NCBI GenBank assembly: GCA_963663475.2
Contig: CAXXJV010000002.1
Location: forward strand, 160,001-224,000
Direction: 5' to 3'
DNA length: 64,000 bases
Source: Candidatus Cloacimonadales bacterium
GTDB taxonomy: Bacteria; Cloacimonadota; Cloacimonadia; Cloacimonadales; JAFGVF01
In this document: positions 50,784-60,332 of the stretch, in pieces
Layout: each line of letters starts with the position of its first letter
Numbering within the stretch: position 1 is the stretch's first letter
Program-made: the position numbers and the translations under genes
Notes under the pieces: generated by a model
Database searches by the model: none
What the model was told of the DNA's origin: nothing
What the model saw: the letters and a program-made list of their open reading frames with translations, nothing else

Positions 50784-51917
50784 ATGAATCAGCAACTTCT
50801 TTCTGAAAAAGATAATATTCGCAAGATAATCCATGTTGATATGGATGCCTATTTTGCTGCTATAGAGCAGAGAGATTTTCCTGAACTAAGAGGGAAACCA
50901 GTAATAGTAGGTGGCGCAGTAGGTGAGAGAGGAGTAGTTTCTACTTGTTCTTATGAAGCTAGAAAATATGGGATTCATTCAGCAATGCCTGCTACAACTG
51001 CCCATAAGTTATGTCCTCATGGTATCTTTGTTAGACCTAGATTTGAAGCATATAAAGAAGCAACTGAAAAGATATTTGCAATTTTTAGAGAATATACAGA
51101 TTTAGTGCAACCTATGTCTTTAGATGAAGCTTATTTAGATGTAACTACTAATAAAATTGGAATGCCTTCAGCTACCTTAATTGCCAAAGAAATCAGGGCA
51201 AGAATTAAAGCTGAACTTAATTTAACAGCTTCTGCTGGAGTATCTTATAATAAATTTTTAGCTAAAATTGCCTCAGATTTAAATAAACCTGATGGTCTAT
51301 GTGTGATTACTCCTAAAGATGCGATAAAAGTATTATCAAGTCTTCCCATTGGTAAATTTCATGGAATAGGTAAATCAACAACTAGCCAGTTAAAAAAGTA
51401 TGGTATTCATACAGGTGCTGATTTACTAAAAAAAGAACTTACTTGGTTAATAGATAATTTTGGAAAGATTGGCTATCAATATTATTATTTGGTCAGAGGA
51501 ATAGATAACAGGCAGGTTAGTACTAACCATATAAGGAAATCTATAGGCAAGGAAAGTACTTTTCGGATAGATGTTGATGATTTAAGGGTCTTATTTCAAC
51601 ATTTGGAAAGACTAATAAGAAGATTGGTAGAAAAGTTAAAGAAGGAAGAGATAGAAGTTAAAACTTTAACTCTTAAATTACGGTATGATAATTTTGATAC
51701 TTTAACAAGAGGTAAGACTTTAACAGCATATACTTCAGATTATCATGAATTATTAAAAGAATGTAGGCGAATACTAATAGATACTTATGATACAAATCGT
51801 AAAGTTAGATTATTAGGGGTCTCATTTACAAGTTTAAAACATTTAAATGCCCAAGCTTGGGAACAGTTAATTATTGAGTGGGAGGAAAATTATGTCACTA
51901 GTAAAAGCACTAGATGA
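50784..51917 (+). CDS. dinB: DNA polymerase IV
   Basis: 'HVDMDAYFAAIE', 'CSYEAR', 'SLDEAYLD', 'AKIASDLNKPDG'. Confidence 0.96.
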   Translation: MNQQLLSEKDNIRKIIHVDMDAYFAAIEQRDFPELRGKPVIVGGAVGERGVVSTCSYEARKYGIHSAMPATTAHKLCPHGIFVRPRFEAYKEATEKIFAIFREYTDLVQPMSLDEAYLDVTTNKIGMPSATLIAKEIRARIKAELNLTASAGVSYNKFLAKIASDLNKPDGLCVITPKDAIKVLSSLPIGKFHGIGKSTTSQLKKYGIHTGADLLKKELTWLIDNFGKIGYQYYYLVRGIDNRQVSTNHIRKSIGKESTFRIDVDDLRVLFQHLERLIRRLVEKLKKEEIEVKTLTLKLRYDNFDTLTRGKTLTAYTSDYHELLKECRRILIDTYDTNRKVRLLGVSFTSLKHLNAQAWEQLIIEWEENYVTSKSTR

Positions 51918-52659
51918 TCCGAGGGTATATAAAAAATCATATTTAGTTGAGACATATAATACAAGTTATTTTCAGACAATAAAAGTATCAGACCTATTTA
52001 AATATTTACAGGAAGTGGCTTCCTTACATTCTGAATCTATGAAGATAGGCTATAATGATTTAAAATCAATTAATGGAGCTTGGGTTCTTACTAAGCAAAA
52101 ACTTGAAGTAGAAAGACTACCTGAGTCTCTGGAAGAAATAAAAATCCATACTTGGAGTCATAAATATAACAAGATCATTGCGACCAGAAATTTTGTGGTA
52201 ACCGATAGTAACAATGAAATTCTAATAAAGGTAATTTCAGACTGGCTTGTATTAAATTTAAGCAAAAGAAGAATAACTCCATTGACTAAGGTTAACTTAG
52301 ATTCGATAATGTCTTATGATTTGCAATTATTCCCTGAAGATTTAGCTAAGATTGAGATTATTAGAGAGAATTTAGTAAATTCTTTTAGCAAAAAGGTCAG
52401 ATTTTCTGATATTGACTTAAATGGACATATGAATAACACTTCTTATATTGATATGGTTCTTGATTCTATAGCTGAATTCTTTAATCAGCACTATCAGTTA
52501 AAGGTTATTGATACAAATTTTATCCAAGAAGTAAAATATTTAGAAGAAATCCTTATCAATACTTATCAAATAGAAGAATACCTATTTCATCATGAAATTA
52601 TATCTCAACTTGATAATAAACAAGTCTTTACTGCAACCACAAGCTGGGAAAAAGGCTAA
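51892..52659 (+). CDS. Acyl-ACP thioesterase (double hot-dog)
   Basis: 'YLQEVASLH', 'VRFSDIDLNGHMNN'; ATG 51892 after GGAGG. Confidence 0.9.
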   Translation: MSLVKALDDPRVYKKSYLVETYNTSYFQTIKVSDLFKYLQEVASLHSESMKIGYNDLKSINGAWVLTKQKLEVERLPESLEEIKIHTWSHKYNKIIATRNFVVTDSNNEILIKVISDWLVLNLSKRRITPLTKVNLDSIMSYDLQLFPEDLAKIEIIRENLVNSFSKKVRFSDIDLNGHMNNTSYIDMVLDSIAEFFNQHYQLKVIDTNFIQEVKYLEEILINTYQIEEYLFHHEIISQLDNKQVFTATTSWEKG

Positions 52660-53696
52660 TGAAGTTTTATTTTCTTAGCCTGGTGATTTCTCTCTTAATA
52701 AGCAGTCTTTTCTCTGTAAATCAATATCCCTTAGATAGTGATTATCATGATTGGGCTTCTCTAGGAGATTCATTACTTCACTACCACCAAGCTAATAGAC
52801 TATTCACAGATATTGAAATAATTGGAAATTCAAGTGTAAACAAGTTACCCTTGTATGCTTTCCATATTCATAAGTCTGATAAAATTAAAAATAAAAAGAA
52901 AAAACTCTGGGAACATAAGCTTGAGAAAAATGTTAAAAAGGTTATCATAATTGGACAGCATCACGGAGAAGAACCGATTGGAGTTGAAATATCTCTTGCT
53001 CTACTTAAGAATTTAACCAGTAATGATGACTTGTCAGACTTGATAAGAAACTATTATTTTGTGATAATTCCAACAGTAAACCCTGAAGCCTTTAAAATAG
53101 TAAATAGTGGTCAATATCCTCTAAAAAGGAAAAATAATTCTGATACCAATAAAAATGGGGTGTTTGACCTTAAAACAGACGGGGTTGATTTAAATAAAAA
53201 TTATCCCAGCAATTGGGAATTAGCTGATTTAAATGACCCCCAAGATCAATACTACAAAGGCCATTCTCCAGGCTCAGAAGCAGAAACTCAGGCAGTTATG
53301 CAACTTGCCCAAAGGTTTTCTTTCGATTATGCATTTTTTTACCACTCATCAGCCAATGGTACTTATCCTGAAATGATATTTTTCCCCTACCATTGGGAGC
53401 AAGAGAAGAGTCAGGATTGGGAAAAAATGAAGACTATTGCTGATTCATTAGCTAGTGATTTACCCTGCTTTTTTAAAGATGAGTATTATCATGTTTACAC
53501 TGGGCAAACAAGCAAGTATGGCTATGCTAGAGATTATTTTTATCGAAATTATGCTACTTATTCCTTCACTATTGAAGTTAGTGGAATTACCCCCCAAGGT
53601 GTCTCATTATTTCTCCCAGATAATAAAGACCTAAGGAAAATAGTTGATAAACATACAAAAGCTCTAATAAAACTCCTTCACGGACTTATAGACTAA
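52659..53696 (+). CDS. Secreted M14 zinc carboxypeptidase
   Basis: Signal peptide; 'HHGEE', 'RKN', 'GVDLNKNY', 'SEAETQA', 'YHS', 'FTIEV'. Confidence 0.9.
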   Translation: MKFYFLSLVISLLISSLFSVNQYPLDSDYHDWASLGDSLLHYHQANRLFTDIEIIGNSSVNKLPLYAFHIHKSDKIKNKKKKLWEHKLEKNVKKVIIIGQHHGEEPIGVEISLALLKNLTSNDDLSDLIRNYYFVIIPTVNPEAFKIVNSGQYPLKRKNNSDTNKNGVFDLKTDGVDLNKNYPSNWELADLNDPQDQYYKGHSPGSEAETQAVMQLAQRFSFDYAFFYHSSANGTYPEMIFFPYHWEQEKSQDWEKMKTIADSLASDLPCFFKDEYYHVYTGQTSKYGYARDYFYRNYATYSFTIEVSGITPQGVSLFLPDNKDLRKIVDKHTKALIKLLHGLID

Positions 53697-53698
53697 TC

Positions 53699-53738
53699 TG
53701 CACTCTTCACTAAAGCTCTACTAGACTATCTGGGTTAA
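53699..53738 (-). repeat. REP/MITE-like end module
   Basis: CACTCTTCACTAAAGCTCTACTAGACTATCTGGGTTAA, nearly identical to 47370-47408. Confidence 0.85.
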
Positions 53739-53898
53739 ATTGCAAAAAAATCAACATTGCTGAAAATTATTACACTTTTGGAACAAAAGTTACATATTAA
53801 AAATCTGTTACATGATGCCCAGTTTAACTGACAACCAAAAGCCATTTAAGCTGATTAATACTAAGAACATATACAGACTAAATTAATAGAGGTAATGT

Positions 53899-56800
53899 AT
53901 GACTCAGAAAAAAAACTTTTTTTGTGTAGTATTCGGACTATTGATACTGCTAACACCTATCTTAGCATATGGACAGTTTCGAGTCGAAAATGAAACCCGC
54001 TCAAACTTGAACATTATTTTCAAAAATCCTGATTTCGAAATCAAACAAGAAACAATTGGTGCAGCTAGTTATGACTATATTAGCTCTCAATCACTCAGCC
54101 TTACTGTAGATGTTGGTTGTCCTGAACTTCCATTTTACTCTTCAGCTATTGAAATTCCTAATACTGGGAAACCTACTATCAATATTAGAGTTCTTGATTC
54201 TGAATTAGTAGAAAATATTAATATTAAACCTTTCAGAGAAAATGAACAAGAAATCTATACTTTTAATAATGAAGTATATACAAAGAACAAATATTATCCC
54301 ACATCTATAGCACAAATCGGGGAACCTGCAATTTTAAGAAATAAAAGAATAGTTAACTTCATAGTTCACCCATTTAGATATAACGATGCTACTAATACAT
54401 TAGAAGTTATTAAAAAGGCTGAAATCGAAATTACTTTCGAAAACCAACCTTCTGTAAATGAAATTACCAGATCATTTATGAAGCCAGATACAAGTTTCGA
54501 AAACTTCTTCGCTTCAACATTATTAAATTATAAAGAACCTACATCTAGAGATGATTACCAAAATCCTACTATCCTCTATATCTATCCTTCAGCTTTAGAA
54601 GGTAATCCTATAGCTAATAACCTTTTCAATTGGAGAAAAGAACAAGGTTGGACTGTTTATACCGCAAGTACAACTCAAACTGGTACTTCAACTTCTACTA
54701 TCAAAGCTTATATTCAAGATGCTTATGATAACTGGGAAAATCCTCCTGCATACGTTACTTTTATAGGCGATGGTTCAGGTTCTTTCTCAATTCCAGTTTA
54801 TACTATCTCTTCTTATAGTGCTGGCGGAGACCACTGGTATGGACTCTTAGAAGGTAATGATGATTTAGAAGATATTTTCTTAGGAAGACTTTCTATTGAA
54901 AATTTAGTTGATCTTTCTACTTTAATTACTAAAACTATAAAGTATGAAAAAGCTACTACTATCCCTGATACAACCTACTACACTAGAAGTCTTTTAGTCG
55001 CTGATACAACTCCATCAGGTCAATCAACTATTATCACTAATCTTTTTGTTAAAGAAATTATGAGTGAATACAATGATGAATATACCTTCATCGAACATTT
55101 TGGTGATTCTCCATCTCCATCTTCAGTATCCAGTGGAATGAATGCTGGTGTTGGTTTCTGGAATTATCGCGGTTGGATTGGTATGGATGGCTGGGGTACT
55201 TCTCAAGCTGCCTCTCTTAATAACGTTAACAAACTTACTGTTTGTGTTATTCTAACCTGTTCAACAGGTACCTTCTACTCAGGAACTTCAGTAACTGAAG
55301 CTGTAGTTCGTTCTGGTTCAGCTTCCTCACCTACTGGTGGTGTTTGTTCTATCGGATTGGCAACTTCAGGTACTCACACAACCTTCAATAATAACCTTAA
55401 TGGTGGTATCATGGGTTACCTCTTCCAAGAAGATGGTTGGACTATGGGTGCTGCTAATAATCGTGGTAAATTCCATCTTTGGGAAGCTTATGGTGTTTCA
55501 AAACCTGAAAGAGTTAACTTCTTCTCTACAATCTGTAACTTAATTGGTGATTCAGCATTGAGAGTTTATAAAGAACAACCAAAATATTTTGAAACAGAAT
55601 ATATCCAAAATGTTGCGGCAGGAACTAATCAGTATAAAGTTAAAACTACTGAAGATGGTTTCGGACTAGAACATGTTTGGGCAACATTAAATATTGGCCA
55701 AGACTATTATACTGGCTATACTAATTCATATGGTGAGATATTCTTTGATATTCCTACTGATGCTAGTGGTGATGGTGTCTTGACTGTTACTAAAGAAGGT
55801 TATAAACCTAACCAATATGACTTAACTTTTGGATTAGAAGCTCCTGTTGTTAATGCTACTGGCTACACTATATATGATGATGCCACTGAAGTAGATTACC
55901 TTACTCCTGGTAAAGACATTAATTTAAAAATTCAAGCTTCAAATGCTGGTTCTGCTGATGTAACAAACATCTCTGCAACTATTTCTGCTATCTCTAATGG
56001 AATTGTTATCAATAATGCTACTGCTGATTTCGGTAACATTTTACAAGGCCAAGATGCTGAAAATACTACAGACTTTGAATTTACAATTCCTAATATTGCT
56101 TTTGAAAACGATATTGCCTTCAGAGTTATCTTCTCTAATGCTACTTATAGCTGGGAAAGACAAATCTTACTCCCAATTCATAGCCCAATTGTACAAGTTG
56201 TCGATTATGAAATGGTAAATACAGACTTTGCTCCAGGTGAAACTTCTGCTATTAATATTGAAGTTACTAATCAAGGTAATGGAGACTTGACTCTTGCTGA
56301 CGCTTACCTATCAACTACTGATAATAGAATTACTATCAATATGGATGAAGCTCTGCTTGGTTCAATAGCTGCTGGTGCAAGTGGAAGTGTTGGTTTCAAT
56401 ATTACTGCTTCTGACGACCTACTTCCTGGTGACTTAGTACCTATGACTCTTACTGTTGAAGATGATGGCTTTGAAACAGCTGCTTACTTCAGTCTTCAAG
56501 TTGGTACTGCAAGTGTTACTGATCCACTTGGTCCTGATGCTTATGGCTACTATATATTCGACTCTTATGATACAGAGTATGATGAATGCCCTGAATATGA
56601 TTGGATTGAACTTGACCCAAGTGAAGGTGGATTTGGTACTATTGTTCCTCTACCTGATGGTGGCGATAACCAAGAACAAGTTGATGTTGTTGACCTTCCT
56701 TTCACATTTAGATTCTATGATAGAGAATATGATAAAATCTCAATCTGTTCTAATGGTTGGTTAGCTATGGGTGAAACTGAACAAGCTACCTTTAGAAACT

Positions 56801-58071
56801 GGAGACTTCCTGGTCCTCTAGGTGCTTCACCAATGATTGCTCCTTTCTGGGATGACCTCATGACTGGTGGCTCAGGCCAAGTCTTTATTGCCCATGACCA
56901 AGCTGAACACTACTTTGTTGTTACTTGGAATGAATGGAAAAATCATTATAATACTTCTTATGAAGAAACTTTCCAGGTTATCTTATATGACCCTGAATAC
57001 TATGGTTCTTCTACAGGAGATGCTCCAATTAAAATTCAATATAAAGTTGTAAATAATATTGATACAGCAGGTGGAAACTCACATGGTGAATATGCAACTG
57101 TTGGTATCGAAGACCATACTGGTACTGTAGGTTTAGAATATACTTATAATAATCAATATCCTCAAGCTGCAAGACCTCTTGAAAATGAAATGGCTCTCTT
57201 TATCACAACTAAGATTGGGCAATTACCTCCATTTGTAACTAATCAACCAAATGATATTACTTTTGAAGAAGACCACTCTGATGAAACAATTGATCTTTAT
57301 AATATCTTTAAAGATCCTAATAATGATATCTTAGAGTTTTCTTTCTCAGAATCTGAAAATCTATCTTTTGAAGTTAATGAAGCTGGTTTCTTAGTTGTTA
57401 CTCCTGCTGATAACTGGCATGGTACAGAAACTGTGACTATTTATGCAGAAGATGGTGTTACCGATATGGTTGTCTCAGTATCCTTCTTAGTTGCTGTTAC
57501 TCCTGTTAATGATAGACCTTCTTTACAAGCTAAGTTCCCAGGAACAACTAACTTTGAATCTACTAATAACTTTGTAAGTTTCGGTGTTGATGTCCTTGAT
57601 GTTGATAGTGAATTAGTTTACGAGTGGAAAGTAGATAATGTTGTAGTTGAAGGTGCAGTTACTGATACTTTAGATTATGTATTTGATAGTGTTGGAGAAT
57701 TCCAAGTTAAATGTTATGCTGCAGATTCAGATTTCACTGTTATTGCTACATGGAATGTTACTGTTCCTGTTTCTAATGATGTTCAAGTCGTTGCTGTTAA
57801 TAACTTAAGCCAGAATATCCCTAACCCATTCAATCCTACTACTACAATAAACTTCTCATTAAGAAAATCTAGTAATGTATCAATTATTGTTTATAATGTT
57901 AAAGGACAAAAAGTAAGAACTCTTGTCTCTGATAACTATAAACAAGGAAATCATACTATCGTTTGGAATGGTTTAGATGATAACCAAAGACCAGTCTCAT
58001 CAGGCGTTTACTTCTACCGTATGTTATCTGATGAATTCCAAGCTACTAAGAAAGCTATAATGATGAAATAA
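53899..58071 (+). CDS. Gingipain-like C25 family protein with propeptide, Ig/cadherin-like domains and T9SS/FlgD CTD
   Basis: Propeptide 'GCPELP'; 'WRKEQGW', 'FIGDG', 'DIFLGRL', 'LTCSTG', 'NLIGDSAL'; CTD 'QNIPNPFNP...SSGVYFYR'. Confidence 0.9.
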   Translation: MTQKKNFFCVVFGLLILLTPILAYGQFRVENETRSNLNIIFKNPDFEIKQETIGAASYDYISSQSLSLTVDVGCPELPFYSSAIEIPNTGKPTINIRVLDSELVENINIKPFRENEQEIYTFNNEVYTKNKYYPTSIAQIGEPAILRNKRIVNFIVHPFRYNDATNTLEVIKKAEIEITFENQPSVNEITRSFMKPDTSFENFFASTLLNYKEPTSRDDYQNPTILYIYPSALEGNPIANNLFNWRKEQGWTVYTASTTQTGTSTSTIKAYIQDAYDNWENPPAYVTFIGDGSGSFSIPVYTISSYSAGGDHWYGLLEGNDDLEDIFLGRLSIENLVDLSTLITKTIKYEKATTIPDTTYYTRSLLVADTTPSGQSTIITNLFVKEIMSEYNDEYTFIEHFGDSPSPSSVSSGMNAGVGFWNYRGWIGMDGWGTSQAASLNNVNKLTVCVILTCSTGTFYSGTSVTEAVVRSGSASSPTGGVCSIGLATSGTHTTFNNNLNGGIMGYLFQEDGWTMGAANNRGKFHLWEAYGVSKPERVNFFSTICNLIGDSALRVYKEQPKYFETEYIQNVAAGTNQYKVKTTEDGFGLEHVWATLNIGQDYYTGYTNSYGEIFFDIPTDASGDGVLTVTKEGYKPNQYDLTFGLEAPVVNATGYTIYDDATEVDYLTPGKDINLKIQASNAGSADVTNISATISAISNGIVINNATADFGNILQGQDAENTTDFEFTIPNIAFENDIAFRVIFSNATYSWERQILLPIHSPIVQVVDYEMVNTDFAPGETSAINIEVTNQGNGDLTLADAYLSTTDNRITINMDEALLGSIAAGASGSVGFNITASDDLLPGDLVPMTLTVEDDGFETAAYFSLQVGTASVTDPLGPDAYGYYIFDSYDTEYDECPEYDWIELDPSEGGFGTIVPLPDGGDNQEQVDVVDLPFTFRFYDREYDKISICSNGWLAMGETEQATFRNWRLPGPLGASPMIAPFWDDLMTGGSGQVFIAHDQAEHYFVVTWNEWKNHYNTSYEETFQVILYDPEYYGSSTGDAPIKIQYKVVNNIDTAGGNSHGEYATVGIEDHTGTVGLEYTYNNQYPQAARPLENEMALFITTKIGQLPPFVTNQPNDITFEEDHSDETIDLYNIFKDPNNDILEFSFSESENLSFEVNEAGFLVVTPADNWHGTETVTIYAEDGVTDMVVSVSFLVAVTPVNDRPSLQAKFPGTTNFESTNNFVSFGVDVLDVDSELVYEWKVDNVVVEGAVTDTLDYVFDSVGEFQVKCYAADSDFTVIATWNVTVPVSNDVQVVAVNNLSQNIPNPFNPTTTINFSLRKSSNVSIIVYNVKGQKVRTLVSDNYKQGNHTIVWNGLDDNQRPVSSGVYFYRMLSDEFQATKKAIMMK

Positions 58072-58126
58072 AATATTAATAAGAGAGAATGTTTGTCTAT
58101 AATCTACCAAACATTCGAAGATATAT

Positions 58127-58152
58127 AGGCCCTGCTTGCAGGGCCTTTTTTT
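58127..58152 (+). terminator. Intrinsic terminator after the C25 gene
   Basis: AGGCCCTG-cttg-CAGGGCCT followed by a T tract. Confidence 0.88.
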
Positions 58153-58480
58153 ACCCAAAATAATGCAGAAGTCCTTTGTGAATAGCACTAACTTATTATG
58201 TTTTGTTTGATGAAAAGTCCTAAATCCTGAAGGGCTAAATTATTTTATCCCTTTCAGGGATACCTTGGATAATCCAACTAATGATAAAATTTTATATTTT
58301 ACTAATTTTCTTCCACCAGACTTGAACTTGATCCAAAAAAAAGTGATAATGATTGCTACTATAGGGAAAACTATAAACTTAGTAAGGGAATAATTGATTA
58401 TGAGTAAAATTTAGGCATACTTATCCTAGTTAGGAAATTGTTTTATGGTTATCAACAGCCTGTATTTATAGAATCTCTAC

Positions 58481-59128
58481 TTATCTAGATTCTTTTACCC
58501 CTATTCTTTGGCAACCATCATAGATAGGGCATTCACTGCATTTTGGTTTGAGAGGGGTACAGAGGTTTTGACCAAAAGCAACAAAATATGAGTTAAAATT
58601 AATCCAATACTTTACAGGTAACTCTTTCCTCAGAGTCATTTCAGTTTCTAGAGGATTCTTTGTCCTTATCATACCAAGTCTGTTAAAAATTCTATGCACA
58701 TGAACATCTACACAAACAGCAGGTTTTTTAAAAGCTATAGCTCTAACTAAATTTGCAGTCTTTCTACCTACTCCTGGTAGTTTGACAAGTTGCTCAATTT
58801 CTTCAGGTATTTGATTGTTAAACTCTTCTCTTAAAACTTTAGGAAGAGCTTTGAGATATTCTGTCTTATGTTTATAAAAGCCTACAGGATAGAGCATTTT
58901 TTCAAGTTCCTGACTAGGAATTTCATCTAAGTCTTCTATTTTTGTAACTTTCTTAAAAAGTTCTTTTACGACCTTAGTAGTAGTACCATCTTTAGTTCTA
59001 GCACTCAATATTGTTGCTACTAGTATTTTAAAGGGGTCTTTTGTTTGTGCTTCAATGAAATCAACAACAGGGGTAGGAAACTCTTTAAAACGAGTCTCAA
59101 GAATTTTATACATCTTATCAAAAGTCAT
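58481..59128 (-). CDS. nth: Endonuclease III
   Basis: HhH 'LPGVGRKTAN', 'VDVHV', 4Fe-4S 'CTPLKPKCSECPIYDGC'. Confidence 0.95.
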   Translation of the reverse strand: MTFDKMYKILETRFKEFPTPVVDFIEAQTKDPFKILVATILSARTKDGTTTKVVKELFKKVTKIEDLDEIPSQELEKMLYPVGFYKHKTEYLKALPKVLREEFNNQIPEEIEQLVKLPGVGRKTANLVRAIAFKKPAVCVDVHVHRIFNRLGMIRTKNPLETEMTLRKELPVKYWINFNSYFVAFGQNLCTPLKPKCSECPIYDGCQRIGVKESR

Positions 59129-59464
59129 TTTTACCTCTTTTTTCTAAAATCTCACTGCAATAAAAAACTGTCCAGAAAATTCTTACTTTTCTTATATTTT
59201 CATCCTTATCCTAGATTATTTAGGATTATACATAAGAAATATATGCTATGGATTTTTTTAGATAAAAAGAAATAGTAAATATCGTTTACAGCTGAAAGTC
59301 TAAGAAGGCTTTCTTAATCTGCCATCATCTTAGTTAAGACTGATGGTTGATTAAAAAGTATTTTTTTTCTGTAGAATAGAAATCTAGTAACTAATCACAA
59401 AAGATGAACAAGAGAGAGCTTACTTAGTTTGATAGATAGTAAGCATTATTAGGCAATATCTTAG

Positions 59465-59860
59465 CTATCCCTTATCAATCTGAACGAAATCCTTTACAGA
59501 ATAATCGTATCTCAGGTGATTAACTGGCATATCTCCAATATTATCTAACATCTTCTTCTTATTAAGTTTGCTTATAATTTGACTAAGAAATAAATCTAGT
59601 CCCTCTAAGTAAGGGAATTCTTCCTTATGTTTCATAGGAAGTTCAAAATTTGCAAGAATAACTTCTGTTTCTGTTTCTAAATGAGCTTCAAGTTTTCCCA
59701 CATGATATTCTATTAATATTGTCACATTATTGATTGTAAGAATATCATTATCAAATTTCATATTAAAAGCATAAGTGTTATTTTGATTGATAAACTTACA
59801 CATTCTTGGTAAAAATCTTTTGAATAGCTCAATTTTAAATTGATTCTCTAATGAGTTCAT
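59465..59860 (-). CDS. Hypothetical protein
   Basis: 131-aa ORF with AAGGGAG RBS; no motif recognised. Confidence 0.6.
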   Translation of the reverse strand: MNSLENQFKIELFKRFLPRMCKFINQNNTYAFNMKFDNDILTINNVTILIEYHVGKLEAHLETETEVILANFELPMKHKEEFPYLEGLDLFLSQIISKLNKKKMLDNIGDMPVNHLRYDYSVKDFVQIDKG

Positions 59861-60077
59861 TTTTTATCTCCCTTACATATTATTTATATAAAAAATTATA
59901 ATGCGTTATTAACAACTAGCAAATATTTATTAGGGAAGAATATTTTAATTTAGATTAAACTGTAACTAATCTCATTATTAACGTTTAAAATTATAGAAGT
60001 TCAGAAATATTTAATTTTTATTGACTTAGATGTTAGTTAATAATAACTTGAAACAAACACAAAAAAAGAGGTAGTTA

Positions 60078-60293
60078 ATGAAAGGTAAAGTAAAATGGTT
60101 TAATGAGAATAAAGGTTACGGATTTATTCTGTCTGAAGATAATGTAGAATACTTTGTACATTGGAAAAGTATTGTAACTCCTAACCCTATGCAACAGAAA
60201 ATACTAATTCAAGATGAAAGAGTAGAATTCGATACAATTGAAACTCCTAGAGGTATTCAGGCTATCAATATCATAAGAGTTGACGCTCAGTAG
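60078..60293 (+). CDS. Cold-shock domain protein
   Basis: 'GKVKWFNENKGYGFI', 'FVHWKSI'. Confidence 0.93.
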   Translation: MKGKVKWFNENKGYGFILSEDNVEYFVHWKSIVTPNPMQQKILIQDERVEFDTIETPRGIQAINIIRVDAQ

Positions 60294-60332
60294 TGAGGTG
60301 CTATTTCTGATAAAGTAAAAGGATCTGTTTAG

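Noticed and set aside
55337-57052. Four alternative-frame ORFs inside the C25 gene
   Set aside because: Explained by biased third-position codon usage in the main frame; no RBS or motifs.
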